From assembly GCA_904063045.1 (NCBI GenBank), contig CAJFCJ010000006.1, forward strand, positions 1,850,946 through 1,914,945: a stretch of 64,000 nucleotides of DNA, read 5' to 3'. The notes under the pieces are model-generated. The model saw nothing but the letters and a program-made list of their open reading frames with translations, made no database searches and was not told the DNA's origin. This DNA is from Dimorphilus gyrociliatus. Its lineage: Eukaryota > Animalia > Annelida. This document shows, piece after piece, positions 1 to 14,440 of the stretch. Position numbers and translations under genes: made by a program. Within the stretch, counting starts at the first letter, position 1; the number at the start of each line of letters is the position of its first letter.

Positions 1-3000
1 GAAAGCCTAACAACATCAACTCCTGGTTTACAGATCATTCCCGGAAAGTTTTTACTCCAATTCTGATTAAGAGAGCATTTACTCTTTGGCATTAAATGAG
101 AAAAGGACATTGCTCTTGATCCAGCACCAAGACCAGTTAAAGTTCCGTCAATATCTTCAAATTCAGCTTGATGCTCCCATTCAAAATCAGCTCTACTAAT
201 ACATGAATGCCATTCAACACGCTTGAATTTGTAATTGAAACCAGCACATAATTCCGAACAGACGCAAATAATTTTTACAGTTCCAAGAGCGGAGCATGTT
301 TTAAGACCATTCTTCTCTCCATCAAAGTTAATAAATTTAACCCCATCGATCAACAGGCCATTGTCAAAAGGTAGAACGATACCACGTTTTGTGCAAGGAG
401 GGCGCTCGTCAGAATTCAAATGTCCTATCACAGTAAGATCTTTCAGCAAAGCACCCTTTTCTGAGTAGTAAGGAAATTCGGTTTTTCTTATTATAAAGTA
501 CATTTCAACACCAGCCATATAGTTATTCGCCACTACAAAGTCTTGAAATTGCATGGCTCCGCAATGTACCCATTCTGCGCCTCTGAAATTATTGTAGGCA
601 GTCAGCTTCTTGAAAATAGCTGGCGATGCTTCTTTATCTTTGCATTTACCACTGAGTGTTGGATGATAATCCTCAAAAATCCAAAGGCCATACCATCCAC
701 ACGAATGAACAGTATTGTTGGAGAAGACACCCATAGGAGCATTTCTAGGGCAAATATTGAGATCGAAGCTTGGACCTTGAGGGTGTTCTAACATTCTGTA
801 CCAAAAACCAAAATGAGTTCCTCCAGCAACATGGTTATGTTGAACAATATTATTTGGATGGGTAATCCAGAATGCAGCTGCTGATACATCATCGTTTAAG
901 AGGGAAGAGGAAGATCGAACAAATAAAGCTAAATTATATTGAAGTATATTGCCGGTTTCGATAGAATCTTCCAAGAAGAAAGCTCCACCCATAATATTGT
1001 AGATGATATTGTGTTCGATGAGAACATTGTGAGTATTGTGAATATTAACAGCTCTATTGAACGTCTTGTGGATAGCGCAGCCCCTTACGTATGAACCTTC
1101 CATATCGCCGTTCAAATGAAAGTGAATGGGATATCTACCCAATCTAAATGCTTGACCCATATATGTTAATTCAACATGAGAGATTCTGGTCAGAATAGCT
1201 TTGTCATTCAAAGATGGTTGATGCAACATGATTTGTCCACCAAATTGATCACTTCCTATTTCCTCTCCATGTCTTCCTTGAAAGCAGGTTTGAACTGCGA
1301 ATTCTCCTACATCAAAGCCGTCAGGACAGGCTTCGATTCGCTGATTCCATTGGGGATCATTACTACCTCTAACAATAACATTTCTGGACAATAGGCCAAC
1401 CTCTGCTCTCGTCTCTAGTTTGACTCCACCTTGAAAGGTTTGAGTTATTCCCAAATGTCTATACTTAATAGATTCTTCTAAAGTAATAGTTTTTCCATTG
1501 GAGGAGATTGATTTGATTTGATGCTCCTCATTTTCGTTTTGAGATAAGTGACCGCCAGTCGATGCAATTACAATTTTATCACCATTCTTCCAGTTAACAG
1601 GATGAGTTAACGTAATAATCTTATCACCAGCTTCTACAGTACCATCTAACTGAGTCCACGACTTCACTGGTTGACCATGTAAATCTAAGGTACCATTTCT
1701 AACAGCTAGAGTCTTAGCTCCATAGACGGGTAATTCAAGAGCTCGTAGGTGGCCATAAAGTTCAATGACACCCACATGTTTAAATGGTTCGTCCTCAGTT
1801 CCGATTTGTAGGAGACCTCCATCAAGAATTAGAATATTTTCAGCTCGTAGTGCCATGTCATTACTATCTTCAAATATTAATTTTCCACCTTTTATCAAAA
1901 GCATTTTAAGGACTGGAGTATCTGTATCCAGATACATAGTTTGTCCTTTTTCAATTATGACAAAATCTCCAGCTTTAGGTACTTTATCCAAATCTCCACC
2001 CCACGTGTTCAAAGAGGACCAAACATCCTTATATGCAAAGTTGAATGTTCCTTTGGCAGTTCCTTTACTTTTTATATGTACATTTAAAGGGAATTGATCA
2101 TTTGTTGATTTAGCCACTGTTCGACAGGTTATCAATTTATCTTGAACAGTTTTAACCAGACAGTTAGTTACATGGATATTTGATTTATCATTACCAAAAC
2201 CAGATCCTTTGATAGCAACCATAGTTCCTCCAGCAGATCCTCCTTGAAGAGGGCTGACTGATGTTATAGTTGGAGTATTTGCATTTGAGTAGGTAAAAGC
2301 TGCAGATTTAGTTGCAGTTACACTATTTGTTGTTACAACTACATCGCAAACTTTTTCTGTAGAACCACTAACTGCAGGAGTTGTACATTCAACAGAAGTG
2401 GATGTGGCTTTGGTCACTTTACATTCACCGCAAATATTGACACTTGACTTTTTACTAAAACCATTTCCTGTTATTGTCACGGCTTGGCCTCCCTCCAAAC
2501 TACCTGTTGAACTAGTGATACTCGCCACAGTCAACTGGTAGTCGAATTTAAAAGAGCCGGAAGCGTCACCAATTCGCTCAACTTTTACTACAACATCGTA
2601 TTGTCCAGCTTCGGATTCATCGATAGTACAAACTATGCTTGTTGATGAAGCAGTTTCAATGTCACAAGGTTGTCCAACAAACACCTTATTTTTGTCAGCA
2701 GTATTGCCGAAATTTGTTCCAGTAATGGTCAATTTGTCCCCAGCTAGACCTGTTGTCAAATCAACACCCGTGATTTGTGGTGTAACAGATGGTTTATAGA
2801 CAAAGGATTTTGATTCATCTGTTTTACCACCATAAGTAATTTTAACTTGTGCAGTTCCAGATCCTGAAGGAGTTTTACAAATTATTTGTCCTGGACTGAT
2901 ACTAGTAATCTTGCATTCCTTATTTGCAATAAAAACTTTATCGGTAGAAGTAAAACCATTTCCTGAAACTGTAACTAACAAGCCACCAGCAGAACTACCT

Positions 3001-6000
3001 TCAGCTGGATTTATACCTGTAACACCACCAACTCCTGTAAGTGAAATCGATGATGGTACGGTTGCTCTACCAGTTCCCTTAATAAAAACTTTCAGTGAAT
3101 TTTTACCAATATTTGCATAAGGTAGAGAGCATTTAATATTGGGTCCAGAGTAGGTTGGATCTGAGCACTTTACATCTCCAACTAATATTTCAAGTAAATC
3201 AGCATCAGAACCTAAATTATTTCCAACTATTTCAATCTCTGTTTCACTAGAGATAGTCAAAGGAGTAACGGATGTTACTGCCGGTGTTGATGAGTCTTTG
3301 TATTGATAGTCACAATCAGTACAGGAGAGAGATTTTCCGTTCAATTTAATATCAACAGTTACAGTTTTCTCTGACAGACTTGGTTCTGTCACACAGACAA
3401 TTGTGGAGAAGGTATGCTTCAGCGGTGAACAGTTGTCAGTTCCAATTTTAACTTTCAAGTTATCTTTAACAAAGCCTCCTCCATTTATAGTTACTTCAGT
3501 ACCTCCTATTAATGACCCCATGGTGGGACTAATGGAATCAATATTGGGAATTAGCTTGAAATACCGAGAAGAGTCTTTGACAACCCGATTTGTAGCGAAA
3601 CCGTTTCCTTTCACAACTACTTGAACTTCATGTAGTATTTCAGTTTTTATTGGTACGGCAGGATCGATTTTAAAAACAATTTGGGTTGAGGATGAACTGA
3701 CAATTATTGCTTTTTGACCACCAATTAAAACTTCCACGCATTCTTTATTTGCAGAAAAGCCAGTACCTGTTATTGTAATTTCGCTGCTCAGACTTCCTTC
3801 ATTTGGAGAGACTTCTGTGACAGTCGATGATAAGCAGGACCAAAAACCTACTTGAAGACCTGCTGTTGCTGGTTTAGCAGCAGTACAGCCAGGAACTTGA
3901 ACTGGTGAACATGTTGTAGATCTCTTTTTCCTTAGAGATCCACTAGCTATTTGGGGCTTCACGCCGTTAACTGAAACTTCCAAATCTCTCAACAAAGATT
4001 CTTGTTCCTTTTTTACAATTAATTTTCCTTGTAGTTTTATAGATTTTGATTCATCTATGTAGCCAGATGAATAGGTAAATTCTCCAACAGTACTTGTTGC
4101 GAGTTTGAACGATCCTTTTTCAGATCTCGGACCACTATAGGCAAATCCATCAGTTTTTGGTGTCAAAGACTTGATGGAATCTGTCTCGTAAACGGTAAAT
4201 TTTAGTTTTTCACTTGGAGATTCCCAGTTCCATATAACGTTATCTCCCAATTCAACTTCGGTTGTCTTCTTTTCCCAAGCATAGCCCTTTCCTAAACTTT
4301 CAATTGAACCTTTATTCGAAATATAGGTGGTTTTTCCAGCCCAACCCATCTCACACAATATTTCTGTGTCAGTAACAGATATAGGTTTACAAATAACATT
4401 TCCTGCTCTAATCTTAATAGCATTAACTTCAGTTCCAAAGCCATTTCCTGTTAAGGTTAGCGTAGCTCCTCCAAAAAGAGACATTTCCTTCGGGGATAAC
4501 CCACTTATTTCCAGTACAGCTTTCACTTTCATCACATTTCCCGATGAATCAGTTGCAACACCATAACTTGGAATATGTACATTAACATCGTGTTCGCCAG
4601 CTGCTAATTTAGGAGTTGTAATTATAATTTTATCATTTTCCCAACTTTCTACAAGGGCAGGTCGGTCCCCAATTGTCACTTTAGTCTTAGGATAATCTAA
4701 CTCTCCAAAACCAGTACCAGTGATTACAATTTCTTCGCCGCCAAATACGGTTACTTCTGTTTTATCAATTGCAGCAATTGATACAGATCCAACAGCAGAA
4801 TAAGTAAAATCGGATGGAGCTGTGTAGTCATTACTATCTTTTGTTGCTTTTACAACTGCTGTTGTACTTCCACCCTGTATATTTATATGTTTTAACATCA
4901 AAACAATAACAGAACTCGATTGTACTATAAAAAGTATCATCAATACTTACACTTGGAGGCACAATACATACAATCTTGTTAATTTCCAAGTTAATGATTC
5001 GGCATTTATTACTTCCAATTGTAATTGTGATTCCCTTAGAAAATCCAGCACCATTAATTGTCAATTTACTGTTACCTCCCGCGTTAGATGATGTTGGGTC
5101 AAAGCTAGTTATAACTGGTGTGTAAGTGAAAGTTCCCAAATCAAATTTTGCTCGACCCTTTCCTTCAACGTAGAAACTCATTTCTAAATCTCCACTGACC
5201 TCGGCGCCTAATGTACATTTTATTTCGGTTGCAGTAGCAGATGAGACAGTACAGTCACTATCTCCAACAGAAAATTTGTTCTTAGCTATAGTAGTTGAGT
5301 CAAAACCTGTTCCGGTCAATGTTATTTGTGTTCCAACAGATCCAGTCTTGGGTTGAATATCAGTTATCGTAGGAACAAGGTCAGATTTGTATTGAAAACT
5401 GCAATCTCCTAAACATCTTACAGGTATATTATTTATCTCGACAGCAATTTGAGGTTTTACATGAAAAGTTGAAACCATATCACCAGGGACAGGTGCATAT
5501 AGCATGGCACCATTTTCTAACGATACAATGGAGACATCAGCCCCGTTTCCTGATATTCCTGATTTATCTGCTATTGTAATATCAGGAACGTCACCTGGTT
5601 TAGTTAAAAAGCGAATTTTCCATTTTCTATCATAACAGCCACCATATCTTTTAACTGATACAGAGCCAAATTCATCGAATTCTTCGAATGCATCCTTAAC
5701 TTCGTCATCTTCCATGTTTATATTAAGATTAATGGTTTTGCCTTCTAAACTTACATCGTAGGCTCCTCGGACTCCTCTAGAAATAGCTTGATCTTGAGTT
5801 ACGCTAAAATCCGATGACTGATAAACAAGATAAATAATATTCAATAGTTTGTTAAAAATCTCTCAGAGAAAGTTTCTTAATACTTACTTGAACGTTGTAA
5901 ACTTCTAATTTGTCCAAACCGGAAACGCAGTCCCAAGTAAGAAAAGATATTTTGTAAATTCCATTTGAAGTTTTTTCAACTTTTAGATCTTTTGCTCTTA

Positions 6001-9000
6001 AATCTGGAACTTTTCTGACATCGGCCACATTTGGTAAACGATTAATGATATTATCTGAGCCAATATATAAAGCATCAACAAAATTGTCTTTAGTTCCAGT
6101 GATAGATCTCCATAAATACACATCATAAAGCATTATTCTTACAATTTCGGTTGATTTTCTATCAATTTCAATTTGTTTTTGCATATCAAAACATTCATAA
6201 TGCCACCTAACGATGAAAAATGTAATATAATAATAAATTAGCTTTTATTATAGACGCCTTACTTTCTGTTATTATGATTAGGGGTTTTCAAAACTAGATA
6301 TGAGGCTGTCATATTGGACAGAGTTTTCATTCCAAATGAGTAATACTTGTATCTGATTCTGATAGAGTCGTGAAATTGGCCTCTATAAGCTAAGCATAGC
6401 TTTAAAATTGGAAGAAAAATGTATGTAATGGCTATTATTCTCAATGATTTTCCAACTTACATATCTGTTGTCCTTTAAATTAATTGGTTTCGTCGTTTGA
6501 AATAGTGCTCCAGGATTTTTCAAAGAGGTTTTTCCACAGAAAGGTTCTTCATCCGAGTCCAATGTACCTTTGTATTTTCCACCATCCTCGTAGTCAAGCG
6601 CAACAGCGTGTTGATAAATTGGGTTTACCATGGAACCATGACATCGGATACCGAATAATTCCGAAAGACTTTTATGTATCTCGACGGGATTATTGGTGGT
6701 TGGTCCCGAAAGAGATTGCGAATATTTTAAAGCAAATTTGGAATATGATGGAGTTCCAGTTTGACTTCTAGTTACAGTACCAGATGAACCAGAGAATTCA
6801 GGTGGAATTTCAATCTTAATTAACTCTCGTTCCCCGATATTATCTAAGAATTTTACTTCGAATTCAATTTGAGAACCCTTTTCTTTTCTTTTTACAGAAA
6901 CTTTTCCCGGTCGGATTGTAGGTAGACCGTTAAGAACTTCGGTCATTTGCTGATAATCGATAGAAATGGGAAGTATCGGTGTTTTTATTTCATTGAAGGT
7001 CAAAGTGAATTTAGTATCAGGATTGGTAGATGTAATTTTAATTTTTTGAACTTCGTTCTTTCCATTTTTCGCTTTTGGTAAATTTGTGATATCTAAAGTC
7101 TAAGAAAATTGTATATTTGTTTGAAAAGTTCTTTAATAAATTGGATTAAAATGTATATATTACTTGAATTTCAGGTAGAGTATCTGTTTTACTTTCAATT
7201 TGCTGTACATCATCAACTGCAACTCCAGTTTGAGCAGAGTTTAAGTCAGACTTAAATTGGAAAACTCCCAGAAGAGATCCTTTACCTGAATGAATCCATT
7301 CAAGTAAATAAGTGTTTCCAGCTATTAAAGTTTTAATTTCGGAAATTTGTGTTGCTTCCGATTTGAAATTTTCTGAATGTTTCGTAGCCTCAGCAATTTT
7401 TGTTAAAGAAGAAACTTCTCCATTTTCACTATAGGAATAATTAACAACAGTGAACGTAAAGTTACTTAAATTCTCTACTATCATACCTAAAGTATAACTT
7501 GGCAACGCCCTTGCTTTTGATAGCAAATTGATAAGTTGAATTTTTTGGTGCTACATAATACATTCTTGATCTGAAGCTTTTAGGTTGATCATCTTCCGAA
7601 ACCCAATTAGTTTCGTCTAACCACTCACTTTTGTAACCAGGATCACTTGAGGTCATCGACCTGATATCGTCAATATTAGCAAAAGTCTTTGTTGTAGTCC
7701 AACTTTCGATATTAATACCACGATTTCCTATTAAGAATTATTTAATACTAACATATTAATCAATGAATTTATAATACTGACCCGAATATCCGCTTGCACT
7801 TGCAGGAGCGGCAGGTGTTAGAAGGGTAATTTCATTATCTTCCACTTTTAAAACTTTAGCCTTTTCACCTATTGAAAATATGGTTGTATTCTCTTCATTT
7901 ATAAATCATTTATTAAGAATGAAACCTCCAACAGTAACTGTTGCTTTAGAATCAGTTTCGTCAAAGAATCTTCCTTTAACTTTAACAAGACTTCCGCCTT
8001 CAGTTCCTCCTTGTGTAGGACTTACAGATTCAATTTCTATAATTAAAAATTAGACAATTAAAATTTGACCTAATTTTTTATTGTATATGAAAACTAACCA
8101 GCATACGTTTGAAATAAATATATTTTTCCTTTACGGCTCACTCTGAATAGGCTAACGTCGGTTGCCGATTTTCCAAGATCTCCATCAATTAATAGACTAC
8201 CGTTTAAATTACCAACATATGAACCTTGTAGTTTACATGCGATAGTTCCCGTTTCTTTCTCACCATCTTTACCGTCAAGTATCATTTTATAAGGTTCATT
8301 TCTGCTTGGATTCTTTAAAAGTTCGCAGTTTTGAGAACCAAAGTAATATCTGAGAATGATGTTTAGTCGATTGTTTGTAGCGTTGGCCGATAGGATGTTA
8401 CTACCGTAACGGACAGTAAAGATTTTACCCCAAATCTCAACTATTGATTTAGGTGGACCAGATTGCTTGACAATTTTTTTAATTTTTGGAGTGTTATTGT
8501 CTCTCACCTAAAGATTTAGCAATTTTAACCAAGTTCATTGACACTAGAATTTATATTATATCTCTTACGTGATGACTGCATGCATAGCTCTTAGGTTGGT
8601 TTCGGCAATAGTTTGTCAAAGGAATTTTCTTTCCGTTCATCGTTACTCGTACATGATAAGTACCTTGTAACATAGGTCTAAATAAGAGAGTAGTTGTTTA
8701 AGAAAATTTAACCCTGAGGGACAAAAGTAGTGTTTACTTAGTATAACAAACGATCTGCTCAGGGCTGCAGTCATTCTGATGTATGTCGCAATCAGCTATC
8801 GACGTTTCAGAAATAAGTTTTACTTGCAGTTTTTTACTCTCGGAACCAGGTTCCAAGCTAAAGAGATCAGCAGCAAACTCTATTTGAAAAATAAACTATA
8901 AGTATGTAATCTATTTAAAACAATGACTGATGAACAAACTTTTTCCATGAATCGTCAACTTAACGCCTCCATTAGTACCACCGTATTTAGGTTGAACAGA

Positions 9001-9714
9001 TTGGACGTAAACATCTGTTGATTAAGTGTAATATCATAGAAAAAAAAAGAAATTCACTTAAAAGTGTGTTGAGTGCCAAAATAAATAGATATTGAAGATT
9101 TCAATGATCATGTCAGTAAACAAAATTATGAAAATATTAGAGGTTATTGTAACATTAAATGTGAAAAAAATTGCTCAATTTGTATAAGAATATCTAGTTT
9201 ATTTGAGCAACTAATGGTATTTGATCAGTCGTAATACGATAGATATTTTGACCATTTAATAATTTCTTTTTGATTAACTAGTAAAAAAAAAACACCTTAG
9301 AAGAGGTCGTTGTCTTAATCTATACAAAAGTAAGTGAAAACTTTGTAAAATATTTGCATAAGAGACATAAGCAATCAGTTAACAAAACTCATTCTGTTTA
9401 ATATAAGGCAAATTTAACGATAGATAGAAAAAGAATCAGAAAGAAAGAGAAAGATATTAAGTAAAGTTTGTATTGTCTCTAGTTTGAAATTTAAGTAAAT
9501 ATATAAAATTATTAAGTTCTTCTTATAGGTTACTTTCTCTTCTCTTTTGCATATTTGATAATTAGTTATTAAATTTTGAAATTTAATATTATTCATCGGA
9601 AATGGTTATGTAGAAAGTGATGCTAATGGGTAGTAACATACCTGATGCGTATTCATCAGCTTGAGATGCTAGGAAGAAATTGCAGAAAACGAGTACTGCT
9701 ATTGTGAGCTTCAT
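1..9714 (-). CDS. PKHD1L1: Fibrocystin-L / PKHD1L1, 5' part; truncated at the window's left edge
   Basis: ATG at 9714 gives a signal peptide (MKLTIAVLVFCNFFLASQA). Spliced exons read QPKYGGTNGGVKLTIHGK ... CSPEQIVCYTK ... KIFTVRYGSN, matching the PKHD1L1 N-terminus as I recall it. Many IPT/TIG repeats follow (ITLTGTGF, ITITGTGFS), then a G8 domain (WSSLNTWGG...GDFVIIEKGQTMYLDTDTPVLKMLLIKGGKLIF), then PbH1 repeats (GQAFRLGRYPIHFHLNG, AFWITHPNNIVQHNHVAGGTHFGFWY). About 12 short introns lie in 4877-9641, then one open exon covers 4876 to <1. The ORF track misses that exon because it has no stop in the window. Confidence 0.95.
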
Positions 9715-11265
9715 TTTCGAAGCCACTTTAGAAACTGTTGGCAAGTTCAACGCATACTCAAGTTATAGGTTAGCTCTGACGTCATTAATAAATTTGCATA
9801 AGACACGGCTAAGATAAAAAAGCATATATTGAATAACTGGTAATTGTTAAAAGGAGTATATTAATGCTTTCAGGATTAGTTTATATAACTTCATTCTATT
9901 GACGGAGAGTAAAGGTTTTTGAGACAAGGTTCAGTTATTTTTACACTCTCTCAATGGTCCAAGGCAGGCAGCTATACCTGATTGACGTAATATATAAAAA
10001 AAGAAAAGAAATTATCAAAAGAGAAATCCTTCACACAATTGAAATTACCTGGGGCTTTTTTTTTTATTTTACATGATCTTCTTACAGTAGTCTTGCAAAC
10101 GAACACTGATATTATTAAAGTTACACTCATTTCGCAATAAAGCTATGAGATATATTTTAAAAATATTTTAAAATCAACGAATATTAAAACTACATTCTTT
10201 ACAAATCTCTATGTGTATTATCATTCAAATTAGATCATAAAAGTTGGATAAAAAGTCTTTATTTATTTGATTTGGTCAGTCTTGTGGTAAAAGTTTAACT
10301 CTTTTTTTTTGCAAATAAGTTTAATTTATAAATGAATATGTATTTATTGATATTTTCATGAGTTTTGCATCAGAGGATAATGAATAGATCTTTATTTTTA
10401 TTTTTAAAGTTCAATTTTCATTATAATTCTGTTCTTGAATCAAATATTACTAAATTATTTCCTATGTTCACTTTCAAGTGCCACCTTTAGATGAAAGGAT
10501 GGTATGCTATCATAAAAATGTATATACATTTCAATGATACTCTCTCCCACACACAATTTATAGTATTATTATGATCCAAATGTGAAAATTTGTGTTTAAG
10601 CGTGTTAAAGGTAAAGAACTTGAAAGCTAGAAATTGTCGTAAAGACTTTATTACAGCTTGAAGATTAGTTTATTTATACTTTTATTCATTTTGTTGTTGT
10701 AGATTAAATACTCTTAAAAAAACTACAAATTGTTATTTTTAATAATAATAATAACAATATTTCTTATGTCAAAAGAAAACTTGTACATTTCCACCTTTAA
10801 TTTCAAAAGAATTCTATACCGGAAATGTAAAATTATCTAGTTTTTCAAAATGAAAAGTGATTCTTCAAATTGCCATAAAAAGTTATAAATTTAAAGATAT
10901 TCATTTGGATTGAATGCGTTTTAATGATATTTTAAGTGTAGATTTCTTATAAAAATATTATAATTTAATGGAAAAATACATTTATTTATACTGGATATAT
11001 ATTATATATTAATTTCTTAATTATAACTAGCTAATTTGGGTAAATATCAAAGTAATTAGTCCTAATTTTATTTGATTTTATAAAAGATCCTATTAACTAC
11101 TTCATAGATAAGCATAGAAATATCTAATCTTTCCTTATATCTATTTATTTATCTATCTATCTATCTCTATATATATATGGAGAGAGAACAGTTTCTTCAG
11201 ATGCAAATGTAACAAGTACCGGAATTTTTTTCGTCATTTTAGGAGTGCAATAAAGACAAGAGAAA

Positions 11266-11964
11266 ATGTTTAAGGGTATCATAATAATCATTGTATTCTT
11301 TGCAAATATTCTGGCGGGTTTGTCATTAGTATTACCTTACTGGCTTAAAATGGCAGGAAATAACTCCTATCTTGGTCTATGGGAAAATTGTGAGAAATAT
11401 AGTGATCAGACACTGTGCGGTACGAATCAAGCTAACGAACGTTAGTATGAAGAATATATTAATTAATCATTATCTCATAATTGTTTAAACTACAAAAATA
11501 GTAAGGAAAACCATAGGTAGAAACATGCTGTTACTCGCTCAAGGTAGTCTGGCATTTAGTTTGTTCGTCCTTGTTATATCACCTCTTAATGGTTTGAATC
11601 AGAAAACCAATAAATTGTTTATTTTTATCACGCAATTCATATCAGGTAGGGGAAATAATTCTAAATCAAATGATTAACTATGAAAAAATTGAATATTGCT
11701 TTAGGCAATACTTAAAAGAATTAATTAGACGATTAGTCTATTTTTAATTGTCTTGACTAAGATTTTCTCTTCTCAGGTGCGTTCCTGACAGCTGGATGGA
11801 GTTTATTTCTTATTTCGTACTTAGACGAGCCACAGAAGTATAGAGATGATAACAAATTACATGCTGGATTCGGTTTATGCATTTTATCGTCTTTATTGTG
11901 TTTCCTCTCAAGTTTTGGCACTTTCCTACTAAGAATTTCTAATTCAATTGATACAAAATTATAA
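11266..11964 (+). CDS. Claudin/PMP22/EMP-superfamily four-TM protein, copy 1
   Basis: Three exons (about 11266-11440, 11502-11645, 11777-11964) joined by phase-1 GT-AG introns. Translation MFKGIIIIVFFANILAGLSLVLPYWLKMAGNNSYLGLWENCEKYSDQTLC carries the W...GLW..C...C claudin signature. It has four hydrophobic segments and ends -DTKL. The ORF track misses it. Confidence 0.85.
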
Positions 11965-13581
11965 AAAGAGAGCAATAAAAAATTTATCAACAATCAATTA
12001 TATGATAAAATCTATAAATAGATGAGAATGGCATCTGCCTATTAAACAACATCCACCTTGAGACAATGTAATATAGAAAATTGGTAAATCTGTAACAACG
12101 ATTTTGAACTACACTACACTTTCATTTCAAATTATATATGTAATTATAAAGGTATAATCAATACTATGATTAAATCTTAATACAATTGTAATCCAAAGAA
12201 AGTACTTTATTTTCATGAGACTATAATACATTCAAAGAAATATTAAATAGGTTTTTAGTTCAACATTCAATAGTTTAATAGCGTTAAAGCGAATAATAAT
12301 GATGAATTTCTCGCAATCTGCGCTATTTCTTTCACTTAGCCATTGAGTTTTTTTTTATTTAAATACAGTATATTTCTTATTCAGTTGTTATATCTCTGTG
12401 CCATTATCTTGTTTTTTATTGTATATATTTCACTTTGACAACTTGTTAGTCCTATGAAAGAAAGTTTTATATATTCAAACACTGTAACAAAAGGAAGATA
12501 TTCTTTAAAAGTTTTATGTAATTACTCTTTTTTATTATTATTTCAATGTTAAAAAGAAATGTTTATTATAATTTTAGTTTGCTCAAAGTTTATTCAACTG
12601 ACTAGATTAACCTATATACGATATCAATACATGTTGCTAACATTAGCTAAAAATTAACATACTCTTTGAATATTTATGAGAAGTTAATTAACATCTCAGT
12701 TCTAGTGCTGTTTGAAAAGAGTAAAATAGCATTCATATTCAAAATTATATCCAAATGCGTCAAATGGAGGATTTTGACGTGTTTAATGCAAATAACTAAT
12801 AGTAAAAAAGATCTTTTTCTATTTGCTTTTGTCTTTATCTACCTAAGAAACTATTTACAATGTCAAACACTAGTTCTACTTTTGCAGGACGATAGTTTTT
12901 AAAAAAAATTAAATGAAACAACCGATAGATGGCGATAGATTAATAAAACAAGTTGGCAAAAAAGAAATTATTAGAATTATTAAAAGAATACAGATCTTCA
13001 TAGAATATTAACTACATAATTAAAAATTTCCTCTGCTCTTATATGTATTTTTGACCTTGAACGGCTTATAAGACAAGTATTTAAGAAAGACTATATATGA
13101 TATTAGTAACATTCACTATAACTTTAAATTATTAGAATATTTTCCTTAGTGATATATCTTTTGTTTAAATAAAGTAATATACAATTTATACGAAACTGTC
13201 AAACAATAAAAACTTCTTAAAAATCGAATATTATACTACTTTCTCCATTATCTATATTTCCTTTATATATAATAATTTACAACTTTTCTTTTAGCAATTT
13301 AAGGCTTTTTCTAACCTGATTAATTTACTACTGTTGATTATTTGAATTATTATATATAGGTCTATTTAAGATTTTTAGCAATTATTTCCTTATAATAGAA
13401 TAAACTATGACTAAGGAGTTAAATTTTCAAACAGTTATTTTTATTATCGCTTTTGTTTTGTAACTATTAGTTGTAGTTAGTCATTCGGCTGTATTTTCAA
13501 GTATCTCGATAGTGGGTTCCTATATAAGATGGATAAAAAAAATATGCTGAATAGTACAGCTTTGTTCAAAGATAAAGTAAC

Positions 13582-14440
13582 ATGGCATTATTTAAGGAAG
13601 TTATTATTTTAACTTCATTCCTAACGAGCTTTGTTAATGCTTTGGCTCTTTCTTTGCCATATTGGACCAAGGATGAAAGTGATAGATATGTAGGATTATG
13701 GCATACTTGTATTGATGATATTTGTAGCCCAGTGGCTGAAGCTTCAGGTGTTTTTTAAATGACTAATAAGAACTAATATTTTGTTTTACTTACTTTTTGC
13801 TTTTAAAATAACAGAAATTAAGACAACAGTCTCAAAGATATTTCTGTGCTTTGCACAATTTACCCTCTTTTCGACATTTCTTACTTCATTACTAATCCCA
13901 TTGAAAGGAACAAGTGAAATTTTCAATAAAATATGCTTAAGTGTCTTATTTATATTTTCTGGTAAGAACTTTGTCAATAATCGTTTTATCTTTTATTGTG
14001 TAAGCTAAATAGTCTTTACTTTGTTGCGATTAAATATATATACATATACTGTATATACAGTATTAATTAGCATATTGTCAAAGTAGCTCAAGTATATAAA
14101 TATTATAGATAAGAGTAAAGCTTATAAAAGTTCATCTTTAGTGATGACAAATGGAAAAGTAAATACAAGTTTTATGTAATAAACAGTAGATAACAATAAA
14201 GTATATATACTTTAGTATGCTAATTAACTCTTATGTTATCTTTACTTTTTAGGTTCTTTTGCATTAATCAGCTGGGCTCTCTATGCAAAGTACTTCATGG
14301 ATATACCAATATCCAGTGTAAAGCTACACGCGTCCTTTGCTCTTGCTGTCCTATCAACTGCTTTCAGCTACGTAGGAGTAATGGTCGTTTTTCTAAATAA
14401 GCCGCAAAAGATATCATCCCAAGAGGAGATAGCAATGTAG
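13582..14440 (+). CDS. Claudin/PMP22/EMP-superfamily four-TM protein, copy 2 (tandem paralog)
   Basis: Three exons with the same phase-1/phase-1 layout as copy 1. MALFKEVIILTSFLTSFVNALALSLPYWTKDESDRYVGLWHTCIDDIC carries LPYW and GLW..C...C. The middle exon matches ORF 13781-14008. The last exon reads ...KLHASFALAVLSTAFSYVGVMVVFLNKPQKISSQEEIAM*. Confidence 0.85.

Noticed and set aside
235-4566. Plus-strand ORFs 235-468, 543-791, 1176-1394, 1765-2097, 2911-3120, 3403-3624 and 4327-4566
   Set aside because: They are antisense shadows of the continuous minus-strand PKHD1L1 exon and carry no recognisable motifs.
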